Below the pieces are notes generated by a model, which was not told where the DNA came from, did not search any database, and saw only the letters and a program-made list of their open reading frames with translations. Both the position numbers and the translations under genes were made by a program. Below are positions 36,959 to 49,700 of a DNA stretch of 64,000 nucleotides, one piece after another; the first letter of the stretch is position 1, and each line of letters opens with the position of its first letter. The stretch spans positions 1 through 64,000 of the forward strand of contig NW_026920486.1 in the NCBI RefSeq assembly GCF_032062105.1. The letters are read 5' to 3'. Source of the DNA: Saccostrea cucullata (Eukaryota).

Positions 36959-37982
36959 TTCACACTTAGTTCGTTGATTGTTTCTACCTCCGTTACATAT
37001 AGTGACGACAAATTTCCATTATTATACAAACTTCTTCAAAGAAATGTTTTCATCTAAGAAAAATATTTACAGTATCTGCTCATAACCTGCGAATCTTATG
37101 TTGAATCTCACAGAACCCTATATTTGTTTTCTTTCCGGGATTGTATTCACTTCTGACTATTTATTTGTAATTTTTCTTGGTCCATCAAAATTCATCCGAC
37201 CTCCCAAGCACCCAGTCATGTTGTGAAGAAAAAAACACCAAAGCATAGCTCTTTTTCTTCGTAATCGTATATTTAGTTTTCCGCATAGATTATTTTTTCA
37301 TCTTGACGTTGGAATTAAATGAACGAAATGCCCTTCCGTGCTGTTTTCTTGCGCACAAGTCAAAATTGCATCTGCATTCATCCGAAATAATCCGTAAAAC
37401 CCACCGCGTAAGCCCCGATAAAAGAGAAAGTAATATAGCATTTCGCCAATGTCCTGTTCGGTTTCCTGCTTTCAATTCGTCCGGTGTGATTTTTAAGTTT
37501 TCTCTCCAAATCTATCAGCAATAATTAGCCTTTTTCTTTATTTTATCTTCTAAACAAATGCACGGATTTCTTGTTCAACAGATGTTTTTGTGTAGCTCTT
37601 AACTCTGGCATATGTTTTACAAACAAGATACTGAAACGGAAAACGGTTGCTGAAAGCTCGACTAATCATCGGCGAGGCGGGCGATTCGATGTCCCATTTG
37701 AACCATGGGATTTGTTGAGTCCTCTTAAACTGCAGAATCATTGATGTTTCTGGTGATAGAACAGAAGACAAGCATGAAACAACTGCCCAGTAGCTACAGA
37801 TTCCTGCATTGGTACAGAACTATCGATGGTATACACTATATACTTATATACTTGCTTTCATTTCTTCAACGAACTTACTGGGTAAGATCCCGTTTGAAGA
37901 CTATTATCAAAACATCATCAGCTAATTCAGCTGAATTCTCCATTCATTTTTTATTCAGACCAGTTGGCTGGTAGTCTATTCC

Positions 37983-38721
37983 TTTTTATGGCTCTGTGAT
38001 CAAAGACTCGATTGGAGTCAAAGTTTTTGGTCTATCCGTCTGTTTGTCTGTCAATGAGTGTCTCTTATCTGTTTGCATGACGGTCTGCAAAAACTTTGGC
38101 CCTGCCCATAAACGTTGATTGGTTGATGCTAGGTTTTCATAGGTATTCCTTTCAAAATCTCTCTTTGGACACCAACACACATGAATTTAACCTTTTGAAC
38201 TGGACCTCAGAGTTAAAGCTACCCTTTGTAAAAATTTGAAAAACTATTATTAGCTTTGGTCATAAGTCTTGAATGGTTGGTGCTATAGCATATATACACT
38301 GTATATATTTCATTCTACACTACCTCAGGTTGCTTCTACATTAGTTTCAGCTTTTCTGGCCAAATGGATCTTGAGAATACTTTTTAATGTCCCCACCCCA
38401 TTTTTGTCTTTTCTTGATTATCTACCCTTAAATTGGAAGCGGGCTTGGTCCTTGCTTTTTTTACAATTCAAAACCCCCTTTACTCAAGGATGCTTTTACC
38501 TATACTTACATTGTAAGTTAAAATTTACCCAGTGGGTTAATGATAAGAAGGTGAAAATGTGAAAATGTTACAGACGGACAGACAGCTAAACAGACGGACG
38601 GACGCTGGACAAAAGGTGCTCAGCAAAGCTCACTAATTGAGCCTTCGGTTCATGTGAGCTAAAAAGCCTAACTTTGGCCTTGAACTCCCATACATGTATG
38701 GCATCGATCAGTGTTTCACAA
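37983..38721. mobile_element. HINE-type element with an oppositely oriented HINE nested inside (~38310-38665)
   Basis: GTCT-rich head on +; GACG/GACA microsatellite and GAGCCTTCGGTTCATGTGAGCTAAAA head on -; tail CAGTGTTTCACAAA. Confidence 0.6.
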
Positions 38722-39770
38722 AGTCATCGTCATATATTTAAGACCCTGAACTTAATTAATTTAAATCTGTAGTTGATTGTGAATAAAAAGGCATCATTAT
38801 GTGATAAAAAGAATTTACTTAACTTACTTAACATTTTTAAAGAAATACTAGTATTTATATAAGATACTTGTGTAATACACTGTATTATAAATGTCAAAGC
38901 CAATTAAGTTTCATCAATTCTGGTGTACTTTAACCGGGTTATGAGCGGAGATTTCCTGTAACTTTTTCTATATGGAAAATTATAGTTTGAGTTTATAAAT
39001 AATTTTCACTATATACTCATCTTAATTGTTCAAGGGCGGATGATATCAAGCGTGTATAACTAGCGATAGACATTCCAAAAAAAAAAACGACAATTATTTT
39101 TGCAATGAATGAAGTTACTTCTTTATCCATAAAACTTTATTTTAACGATGGAGTTTTGCATCATCACCTGTCCACCTCAACTCAATATAATAAACTCTGT
39201 TGATGTGAATCAATTGGCTCAGAACCTTGGGCTGACTTTCAATTGAATGATAATTTGAAAAATATGGAAAGCGACCAAAAGCACGTTCACAGCGATTTAA
39301 CATTGTATGTCATTCGTGTACCTGAAAACATGCAGCTGTTTAATCAATTCAAACTTAATCGATCAAAAAAATATATATTTCATACAGTGTATAAAAATAA
39401 TAAATATTTTAAACTTTAGGAAATTTTTTTATGGCACTATAATGTGTTTTAATACTGGATGGACATGCATGTGTATTCATAAAATAATGACCACATATTA
39501 TGTTCACAAGTGCAAAAATTTAAATGCTTAATTGAATCTTTGTCTTTGGAATATTTTCAGTTATCACATACTGGCGCTTTGAGTTGGATTTTTTTCACGG
39601 TTTTCAATCGTCAAAGTTAACTAAATATGTATTTGGAGTAGCATCTTTCACATTCCCTAACATAATTAATGTTTCAACAAATCTTAGGAGTATATGTCAG
39701 ATTTTAAGTCGGTGCGGTTAACAGTCAAAAACAGTGATATTTACAAAACAAAGACCTAGGTCGGGTGAGG

Positions 39771-39971
39771 TCAATGCGATCCTTTGGAAGACCCTGATCC
39801 TCTGCGCTTATGGTGTCCTTTCTTTCGGCCTTTTCCGGAGCCTTTTCGGCTATGTCCGGAGCCCTTTCGGCTGTGTCCGGAATGTGGGCGGGGTCCTCCA
39901 CACTTACAGAATTTGTTGACTTCTTTCATGACTCCCCCATTTCCTTTACCACTGCAGCATACATTCCCCAT
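39771..39971 (-). CDS. Small 66-aa basic Gly/Ser/Lys/Arg/His-rich protein with predicted N-myristoylation/palmitoylation head
   Basis: Acceptor TTTTATGTCTGTCTCAG directly precedes the ATG; MGNVCCS...; GC-rich island in AT-rich DNA; in-frame 21-bp repeat; upstream donor GAC|GTAAGC at 40965/40964; AATAAA at 39141-39136. Confidence 0.7.
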   Translation of the reverse strand: MGNVCCSGKGNGGVMKEVNKFCKCGGPRPHSGHSRKGSGHSRKGSGKGRKKGHHKRRGSGSSKGSH

Positions 39972-40086
39972 CTGAGACAGACATAAAATATTGATAAAAA
40001 TCTTAATATACCGGTAAAAATATCTAAAGTTATAAATAGTTTCATAGTTTGAGGTGTTTTTTACTTGTTTATACAAACACTTTACT

Positions 40087-40629
40087 AATTGTGTTTGTGG
40101 AAAAATCGAAACAACAACACACTTTTTATCAGAATGTCTTCTATACACTGACTCAAGGAAAAAATTCATCGACCCATTAGGACCAGTCACTTTACACATT
40201 CTCTTATTTGGAGATTCTACTAAGAATTATTCCTTCAATACCAACATTTTTAAACATGTGCATCAATTTATTTCTGCCTCTAAAAGATTTGTAACTTGAA
40301 TATTACTTGTGGCCGTATTGCTATTATGTTTGATTTTGTACTGCAATGTATGACTGTGTTTATTCCTCATTTACTATCAATGTTAATTTATGTTATGATA
40401 TCTCTCTCTACATTTTTTTTTCTTCTCAGTTTTGTTTCATCTTTATTTTTTATCTGTTATTTTTCCCATTATACCTGTCATTCAACAAGGGCAAATGTTT
40501 ATTTATAGTTGAAATTTAACTTAAGGAAACGGATTAATATAAGTTGTTACAACTTGTTTCGGAATCCTGTTTGTATTATGTATTGTGTATATATATGATG
40601 TCTAATTTAAATGAAATAAAGTTTAAACT
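40087..40629 (+). mobile_element. 5'-truncated non-LTR retrotransposon (CR1/L2-group-like 3' end) with 12-bp TSD
   Basis: Encodes CVCGKIETTTHFLSECLLY...LLFGD...VHQFISASKRF, a typical ORF2 C-terminal CCHC region; tail AATAAAGTTTAAACT; AAACACTTTACT duplicated at 40075-40086 and 40630-40641. Confidence 0.85.
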
Positions 40630-42299
40630 AAACACTTTACTTGTATTTTTCATGCAACTTCGATATAACCAGATTTTGTTTTAGAATTGGAGTTAAACAA
40701 GAATACATAAACACTTAATATGGTGTTACATTTGTAAATTTAATTAAAAAAAAAAAATCAATAAAACATAATGAAAATAAACATAAAAAAAAGAAACAAA
40801 ATTCGAAAAATAGAAAATATATAAGAGAAGACAACACCCCCTACCCCCTTCTCCCCAAATAACATGTACGTCCCTTAGAAACAGTCTCACAATTATTGAA
40901 TTATATTTATTAGAGATCTTTTCATTACATTTTAAATAGATCGAGTAATATAATGCACGCTTACGTCAACAGTTGGATTTATTTGTTTAGCTCTCAATCA
41001 CACGTAAACGCACTCAATACTCCCTGCCTAGTTTCGCTATACTGTCCCTTTTGTGTCTTTTACAATACTCTGCATTCAGTGCATATCACTAAGAATACTT
41101 CGCTTTCAGTTGGCCTTTATGCATATATTTAATTGCTTTGTCAACGATTAGAATTTTAAAAAAAAAATTATAATAAAGAGAATTCGTTTTAAGCGATTTA
41201 AACAATTGTATTAGTTCAATACGCTGTAAGAATACCTGCCCCATTAAGATTTTGTGTCATTTTGATGCAAATTGTTTGATTTCTCCTGATATACATACTG
41301 TAACTAACAACAAATCTTTGCATGGGGAGCCCCAACAAAGACCGTTGTGACATGACCCGGCGAGTTTTCCTTTGAAGTCAACCGTACTGTAACTGCGATA
41401 CAGAACACTTTTTGTGGGCGTTTCTTATGCAAATGAGCAGAAACTGTACTGTATCTGCAAAATATCAAAGATACAGTACGGTTTATTTTTAGCGATGACG
41501 GAAAGCTGTATTCATATTCAGACACAACAATCGTTCAATTCGCATGATAGCACTGTTAGTAATTACTCAAAATTTGAGGTGATTTTATTAAGAATAAAAT
41601 TTTACAAAATAAACTTATATGAGTGTCAGATTCAAAAAATTTAGAAAGGAGGGAGTGGGGCAGATCAAAAAGGACTATCTTGACCCCCCTAAAAAATCCC
41701 TGAAAATCGTATTGGGGGGGGGGGGTAGGTTTATAATCAACCAAGACACTATGTGCGTGAAATCGTTACTTGTTGATAAATTAAAAAGAGTATGTATATA
41801 CGATTGGCAAAAATAATTTACAAAAGCGAAAAAAGAAAAAAAAAAACTTTAAGTTGGGTGGGATTGGGGGGGGGGGGGGCAAGTGTGAGTACTGGACCCC
41901 CCTTTGGTTACTCTACATTTTATTAAAAACATGAAAGTAAAATACCCCCCCCCCCTTTCTTTCATCTGTTTATTTCAATTTTGTATATGATTACAGGTTA
42001 GAGGATATTGTCGGAGATTTCTCTCAGTATACGATATCCCCGAAGCATTTTTGTTTCAAAATATGATTCTTATATATAAAAATGTTTTGCATTAATTCAT
42101 AGCTTAAATAAAAAAAAATGTCAGCAAGAGCTGAATTGAGAAAAAAAAAGAAACATACCCAATCAAATCTAAATAAATTTTTTGGAAAACAAATTATATA
42201 ATGCATCCCTCAAATAATTATTTTTAAAATAATAGTAAATAATTACCTGCACGTCCACCTCACTCGGCATTTCAGTTGCGAATGCTTAAAATGGGATAC

Positions 42300-42515
42300 T
42301 AAATCAACTTTCTGCTAAAATCATCTGATTGGTTGAGAGACATGTACCCAAATATGAATGTAAATTGGTGAGGTCATTAGAAAGATCATGTCACAAGTCA
42401 TTTAGAATACTCGTTTCCTTGTATCAGAGATACATGGCGGGGCCCGGCTCGAGCTATCGCTCTCGCCTCAAGCCCCGCCCTGTATCTCTGATACAGTAGG
42501 GAACTCGTACTCTAA
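42300..42515. mobile_element. Hairpin-bearing non-autonomous element (Crypton-like; class inferred)
   Basis: Fold-back at 42402-42514: TGTATCAGAGATACA.GGCGGGGC ... GCCCCGCC.TGTATCTCTGATACA; upstream TCTGATTGGTTGAGA motif. Confidence 0.6.
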
Positions 42516-45500
42516 ATAATACTTAATATTAATAGAAAAAAAATCGATTTTAATGTTTTGTGATATTTATTTTTCGTTTGCACAAAACAAGTTGAATTTT
42601 AAAATGCAAATATTTTTGAGTAGTAATTTGAAAAAGAAATACCATCTAAAATCTTTATTGTGAATATTGCTTTATGGTTGTTGTCAAATCAACATGCAAC
42701 TACATGCATAATTCCTGTCAGATGAAGCATATGAGGATTTTTTTTAAATATTAAATTATTTTTTTTTTATTTCATTCAACCTGATCGATATTTAATTATG
42801 TTTTATATTCCAGAAGACATGGTCCCCAACACTGCCTGACTAAGTACACAAAATAAATTATAAAATCTGGGTAATTTTATTTATAAGGGGTTGTAAATCC
42901 CTTCCTGCGAACTAGATTGTTTAGTTTGTTAAAGGGAGAAAAAAAAAACTTTATTGTAGGGTGTGAACGAATTTACTGTTTATCTTTATCAAGCATCCTT
43001 ATACGACTTTAAATATATAAAGATCATTTAACAGTTTCGCGAAATTCATTTCGAGGAATTCTAAATGATTTTTATAGCATATTAATTGATTGGGAGAGAC
43101 TCTCTCAGACACAATCACGTACACACACAATAAATAAAGCATACAATTTATATGTTTCAAAGTAATACACATGCAGTGCAGTCTCATTTTTTTTTTTTTA
43201 TTTCGACGGTTATATTTTTCTTCAACGCTTTTGGTACTGGAGCATTTTTTTTATAATTTATAACTAATAACTTGATTGTACTCTATTCCTATAAAAAAAA
43301 ATCCATTTTTCATTTTGTACAATTGTATAAGAATGATCTTATATCAGTCCTAAGGTAGTTTTTATTAAGCAGTGCGCTCTACTTATATGTTATTATTATT
43401 ATTTATATCAAATTTCTGAAACCGCTATACTGAATGTCACAAATGATAATATACTAGTAAGTGTCTTTATACTTTCTGATTATTATTTAAGGCTCGAGCT
43501 CAATGAACCTTTAAGAAGAGAGACAACTCTCGCTTTGATTGCAGTTTCATTTCATGCAAATTGTCAAAAAAAAAAGCGATTTCTTAAAGTTTGTACCTAG
43601 ATTTGTTTCCATGTCAATGGCAGATTTCTTTTACAAAATTTGTGAGACTGAACAAATCGAAGATGAACCGAACTAATTCCAGAATTCTTTTTCTATATAT
43701 GGAAAATATCTTACGAGAGTAAGAATAGCTGAAGCAGTTAACTGTAGGGCATCCGTTTAAATTTTCAGTTTTTACATCATTGTGATATATTCATCCATAT
43801 TTTTTCTTGATTTTTACACATACATATGCTTTTTCAAGAAAATTGATAAAATGTATATTTTCTTGCAATTTTTGGCAACAGTGTCCATAGCGTTAATTTA
43901 TATTTTTAAAATTATTAAAGATTTACAGCAAAAGTGACAAACTAGACAAACATTTTCTACAGTACAACTTACCTTTAAATGTAATTTATAAAGTGCAGTG
44001 AAGCCTCTCGGTTAGAGATTCTATTTGCAGTGAAGTTACGCTGGTCGGCTGCTAATATGGCGGTTACTAAGGCGCTACCCATCAGAATCGATAACAAACA
44101 AAACACAAGGACCCCTACACAAGAGCTGATTTGAAAAATATAACTAGACTTTGAATAAAAGTGTTGACTTGTATATTAATGTGAACTTTTAAATTCATGT
44201 TTGTTCGTAGGTGGGGTATTTGCTTGGACAATTCCATAGGACGCGTTCGTTGCATGGTCTCAATTTATACCCGGTATAAAATGCATGATCTACGATCATT
44301 TTGCACTGATTGTAATATTTGTATTTCAGTTATATATACGTACGTAGTAGGCCAAAAAATTTACAACATACAGTTACAATTTTTACTCCCCACCCCCAAT
44401 CCAAAATCTTATTCCGGAAGGGGTTGGATGGGTCTAAATTCCTTTTTCGACTAAATTTTATCAGTATCTTACCAAGTAACCATGTTTTAACTGTGCTACA
44501 AAAGTGGGGAGGGGTATTGAACAATGGTATGATTAATAGTAGCAAATAACTCATATAATTATATTCTTGCTCTAAAGTAAAGGATTATATTTATGGGAAG
44601 AAGAAAAGAGTGTGAGCATCTGTGTAGATCCCATTCCCGCTGGTTCCCTGGTTCTACAGAACCTGCCTGTATATTTTTTTTTTAAAATCATAGATACATG
44701 TACCATATACCTAAATAAACATGCATTATGTGAAAACATTTTAAACGTTAGTGATGATATATTTTGCCAATCGAACACTTGAAAATCCGTAATCATTTAA
44801 GTTTTGCGCGTTCATCAAACAAAGTTATAAAATACGATTCATTTTGTACACAGCTGATTGTACAGATATCCTTCCTCATAAAATTTACATATACAAAGTG
44901 CTTTATTATCATATACATATCAAAGGCATACACTTTCAGTATAAATCGTGTTTTACAGGCGCGCGGATCAAGGATTTTTTTCCAGGGGAGGGGCTCCACC
45001 CAGGTCAACATAAAAAAAAAAACGTAAATTCATACTACATATTTCGGGAAGGGGGAAATTAATCGTTGATTTTTAAAGGTTCATACCTTTGACTTAATAT
45101 TTTCATATCATTTTCACATAGATCCTCGTTTTCGGGAAGGGGTCCGCGTTTTCTAGGGGGTCCACTTACATGTACTTACATAAAAGGATTCGGAAAGTAA
45201 TAAATGAAGTGTTATTAGTCTTTTTTCTCAAGATAATTTATGATCAGCATGAATTAATGCATTTTCCACTATGATAAACCTACCTATAAATTATTTTGAA
45301 GGAAGAAATTCTTGAATGATGTAGGCGAATCCATGCATATATGTCCACTTCTTCAAGTTCAAGAGGATATATGGGGAGGGGGGTTACAGTATGTCGTGCA
45401 CCAAATACTTGTGCAAAATTATAGTATACATGTACTTACTTTATGCCCCCCCCCATATACATGTGTAATCCCCGAAAAATGTTTCCTACGAGCCTCGATA

Positions 45501-45950
45501 TACGTCCATGTCTCTTTATGTATTATGTGCAGAGCCCTACTAATTATTCCGGATATATTTTATGGACCAGTTCCAGTTTTTCAATTTAGCGTGTTTGTAA
45601 AGGGAGGTAACATGTAAACTTCCTGTAATGTTCTCGATGCTGACCATGTAGATATTTCATTGAATAGGATTTCCAATTTAAAACGTAATTTAAGGGTAAC
45701 AAGATCAATTATATAAATATTTAATACATAAAGATATTGATGAAAATTAATGTATCGATTTCAAATCTTCTTTTCACGAAATATCACATGAAAGAAGTCA
45801 TATGTGGACGAATTGCAATTCGAAATTCAGTTTTATAACAAATAAATTGTTATCGCTATTGTAAATGAAATCCACAAATGTTGTATGAATTATTTTTATA
45901 TGTAATATATTATTGACGATATTGCGTGCTGATACTTACAGATATCTAAA

Positions 45951-46710
45951 ATGACAGACAAGGCTACCCCTAATCCTCTTGAACAGTTTGTTCTGTTGGC
46001 CAAAACTGCAAAGGGGGCAGGAGCTGTAGAATTAATCAAGCAAGCTCTTGATGCTCAAGGCGTATATGTATTTGGAGAACTTCTGGATATGCCACATATT
46101 CAAGAGGTAAATACTGTGAATCACAAGATGTTGACATCTGACAACACGATTCTAGTCTACATGCAGCTGATAACATTCTCTATGAAATTGTATTTCTTTA
46201 AAAAATTGATTAAGATCAGAGTTCTTGAAATCTTTTTTTCACTGTCAGTCATTTGGACTGACTGCCATGTGAAGTCCGTCAGTCCAGACAGATTTCTATC
46301 AGTCCAATGTAAATTCAATAAAAAGATGAAAACTTTATTCAAATTTTATTATCAATATATTGTGCACCCTTTGTCAATAAACACTGCACACTTCATTCTG
46401 ATTTGATCGTCAACTTTCTTTGAATTATCTCGGTGGTTGTTTCTTCATAGGTTTTTAATCTAGTTCGATTTTCTCAGAAATTTTTCAATGCACATTTTAA
46501 AAGCAGCTCAATATTTTAAGTAAACCGTCAGTCAAACGTTTTGATTGCAAAAGAAACTATCCTCTGCCACCTTTGAAAGATTACGATCAAACGGTTATTG
46601 GGAATTTGTACGAAATTTAGTTGGATTTTCGCAAGTTCGTCTGTAAACACTTACCGGTCATTTGGACTGACACAGAACGCAAAGTAATCAGTCCTTGGTT
46701 GTTTTTATCC

Positions 46711-46741
<31 letters not shown>

Positions 46742-49700
46742 ACTCTGTAAGATGAAAACCTATAACTGTTTAACAAGTTCTTGTTTCTATATTCTTATAC
46801 AATATTTTTGCAGGATTTTATAATATACCTTCATTTGTTTACGTATTTTTCAGCTTGCCTCTGGTCCTCATTCACAGTATCACAATCTCCTCAATATATT
46901 TGCGTATGGAAGTTACAAAGATTACAAAGGTACTACAAATGTTTTATTTAAAACATAAGATTATTGATTTATCAAATTCTTATTTTTGTTCAGTGAACTT
47001 TCTTATAAAAATATGATACATACTAAATTAGTTATCTTTATGACTTACAGCAGGTGCTGCGAACTTGCCAGCACTTAGTCCAGCACAGCTTACAAAACTG
47101 AGGCATCTGACTATTGTGTCATTAGCAACAAAGAATAAGGTATTATTTTACTTTCTGTAAAAAATGAAAAAAGCAGTTGCTTGTTCACTCATTTAACAGA
47201 CAAACAGTGATGACTACTGAAGAACTGGAAACTTTGACAAAGTGGAAATGTTGACGGAATAAACAATTGACTCAAAATTGTTGACGGAATATACAAATCA
47301 CTAAAATTGTCAGAATTTACACTGGTCAGCTTTTACATTCATAAAGATCACTGTTAAATAACAAGTAACTGTATATCAAAGTCTTTCAGATATACAAAAG
47401 TTATCAAACTTTCAGCACTTCAATGTAACCATGTTTATGGCATGTATTGAGAGGGTGAAATTTTGGAAATACAGGTGCTATATGTTTTGTCTTTGCAGTG
47501 CATTCCCTATTCAGTTCTTCTGGAGGAACTAGACATACAGAATCTAAGAACTCTTGAAGTAAGTCTCCATAAAAAAAGGTCCATCTATTCTGTTAGTTTT
47601 GAAAGTACATATAAATACATGTATATAGAAGTAAGCCATATGGCAGCCAAATGACAAACTATCAAGATTTGAACTTTGTGTTTCTGATATGCTATAGATG
47701 TTTGAATAAAAGATGGGTAAAAATCTTCAGATTTTGTATGTTACTTTATTTTTATATTTATACTAGTATTCTTTTTTGTAGGATTTAATTATTGAAGTGA
47801 TCTATGCTGATATAGTACATGGAAAATTAGATCAGAAAAACCAGCAGTTAGAGGTTGATTATGCCCTGGGGCGAGACATTCGACCAGAGGCCGTCCCCGA
47901 AATCGTGTCTGTTCTGCAAGACTGGTAAAGTACCATGATGTATAAACATGTACATGTATTAAGCAAATTATACACTTAACACAGGTGATCAAAAAGTTTG
48001 AGGACTGGTTTGATAGAAAACTTGACATGTTTATCTCACATGATGTTGATGTAATTGCACCACTTAACAAACTTTTTGATCACCTCTTTTACATTGCAGC
48101 TATATACAGTGAAAAAGTATAAGGTGGAAAGACAAGTATATGTATCAGTAATACACTTACAAAACACAATACAGCAATGGGATGAAAAAACTATGAAACA
48201 TACATTTTTATAAGGCTGAGCTCACTTATTAATAAAATGCATGTGAAAATTGACTTTGTTAGGTTAAGTTTATTGTGTAAAAAGCATTGTGAAGAAAATT
48301 GTTGGACAAACTTTCAGGTGTACAGGCTGTGAGGCGATGCTTCAGAGTATAGAATCCCAAATCTCCAAGGCGAACCAAAATAAGGAAAATAATATACGAA
48401 TCAAACATCAAATAGAACAGGAGGTAGGACTTTTCATAAATTTTATGCTTTACAAGTCTCTCATTTGTTTTACTGGAATTACGAAAAAACAAGAACTTTC
48501 ATGTTTGGAACACGATTTTACTGAATTAAGAAAAACAGCTTTAAAAACTACATTCAAACCTCAGTATGGAAAATACTGTGGCTTCCAGAAAAAAAATGTT
48601 AATTAGTGTATTCTAAATGTGTAAAAAATTATTATTATTTTATAATCAGGTGATAAATATAAAGAAAACTCTGAAGAATACACAGCAACAGGAATCAGAA
48701 GAACAGATGGTGACAGATAGCCAAGTGTCCATGTCCTGTGATAAACCCAGCAAGAAATCCTCCAAAACAAAAGGGTAACTATATATGCCACTGGAACAAA
48801 TGTGTCCTTGTTACTTTACATACTGTACATTTTTTAGGGTTGTCTGGTAAAAATAGTAAGCATAGCATTTTAATTGCGCACCACCAAGGAATAAGATTTT
48901 TATAAGGGAATATGCTAGAAGTATTAAATAGATAAGGTTGGGGTAAAAATTATCAGATTTTTAAGTTCGCTCTCTATTATGTTGTCATTTTGAAAATACC
49001 AAGGAATTTGCCTAATTTTTGGCAGGAACAGTCTTTGAAATAAGAAATCAGTAAACATACTGCAAAATAAAATATGACGTTTGAAAACAAAACAGCTCTC
49101 TGAAGAGCAGTTCAGTTTGACCCTCTTAATATTTACAAAATGTAAGATATTCAATATCACCAATACATTAAAATACAAGTGGAATCGGTATTTTTCAGCT
49201 GAAGCTTTTTGATTAAGTCCTCGGGTACGTCAAAACAAACAGACAACCATCTTCATGAATTTGCAATATTAATGAAATACACTGCCAATGCATACTGCCA
49301 AAAACGACAGCAGTTTTAGTTAAGAGAAAGCAAGAGTATTTTCCATTTCTTAATAAAATGAGTTTTCATAAGGTGCCATATATATGCAAGATTGGTTCTC
49401 AAATGAAGTTCCAAGAATTGCAAATGTGATGTTGCTTTAGGCATTTTGATGTTATCAATAGTGCCCTGTATCACCAAACAGCACATAACATAAAATCTCA
49501 TATATTTTTTTATTTGAGCATGAATTTTGCTATGTTTATTGACCAAAAAAATGTGCCAAAGATGTAGAGGAGGAAAAATTAGAGCTGATTATTTTTCACT
49601 CTAGATTACATGTTCATGATTTCACCAGATAGCCCCTTTTACGTATTGTACACAATATATTTTTAGCTCACCTCAACGAAGTTGGGGGAGCTTATGTAAT

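Noticed and set aside
39972-40199. N-terminal 76 aa of track ORF 39771..40199
   Set aside because: Runs through an intron and an antisense LINE fragment; a splice acceptor precedes the ATG at 39971
46107-46406. C-terminal part of track ORF 45951..46406
   Set aside because: Read-through past the GTAAAT donor into intron and MITE; COPS7 similarity continues in downstream exons
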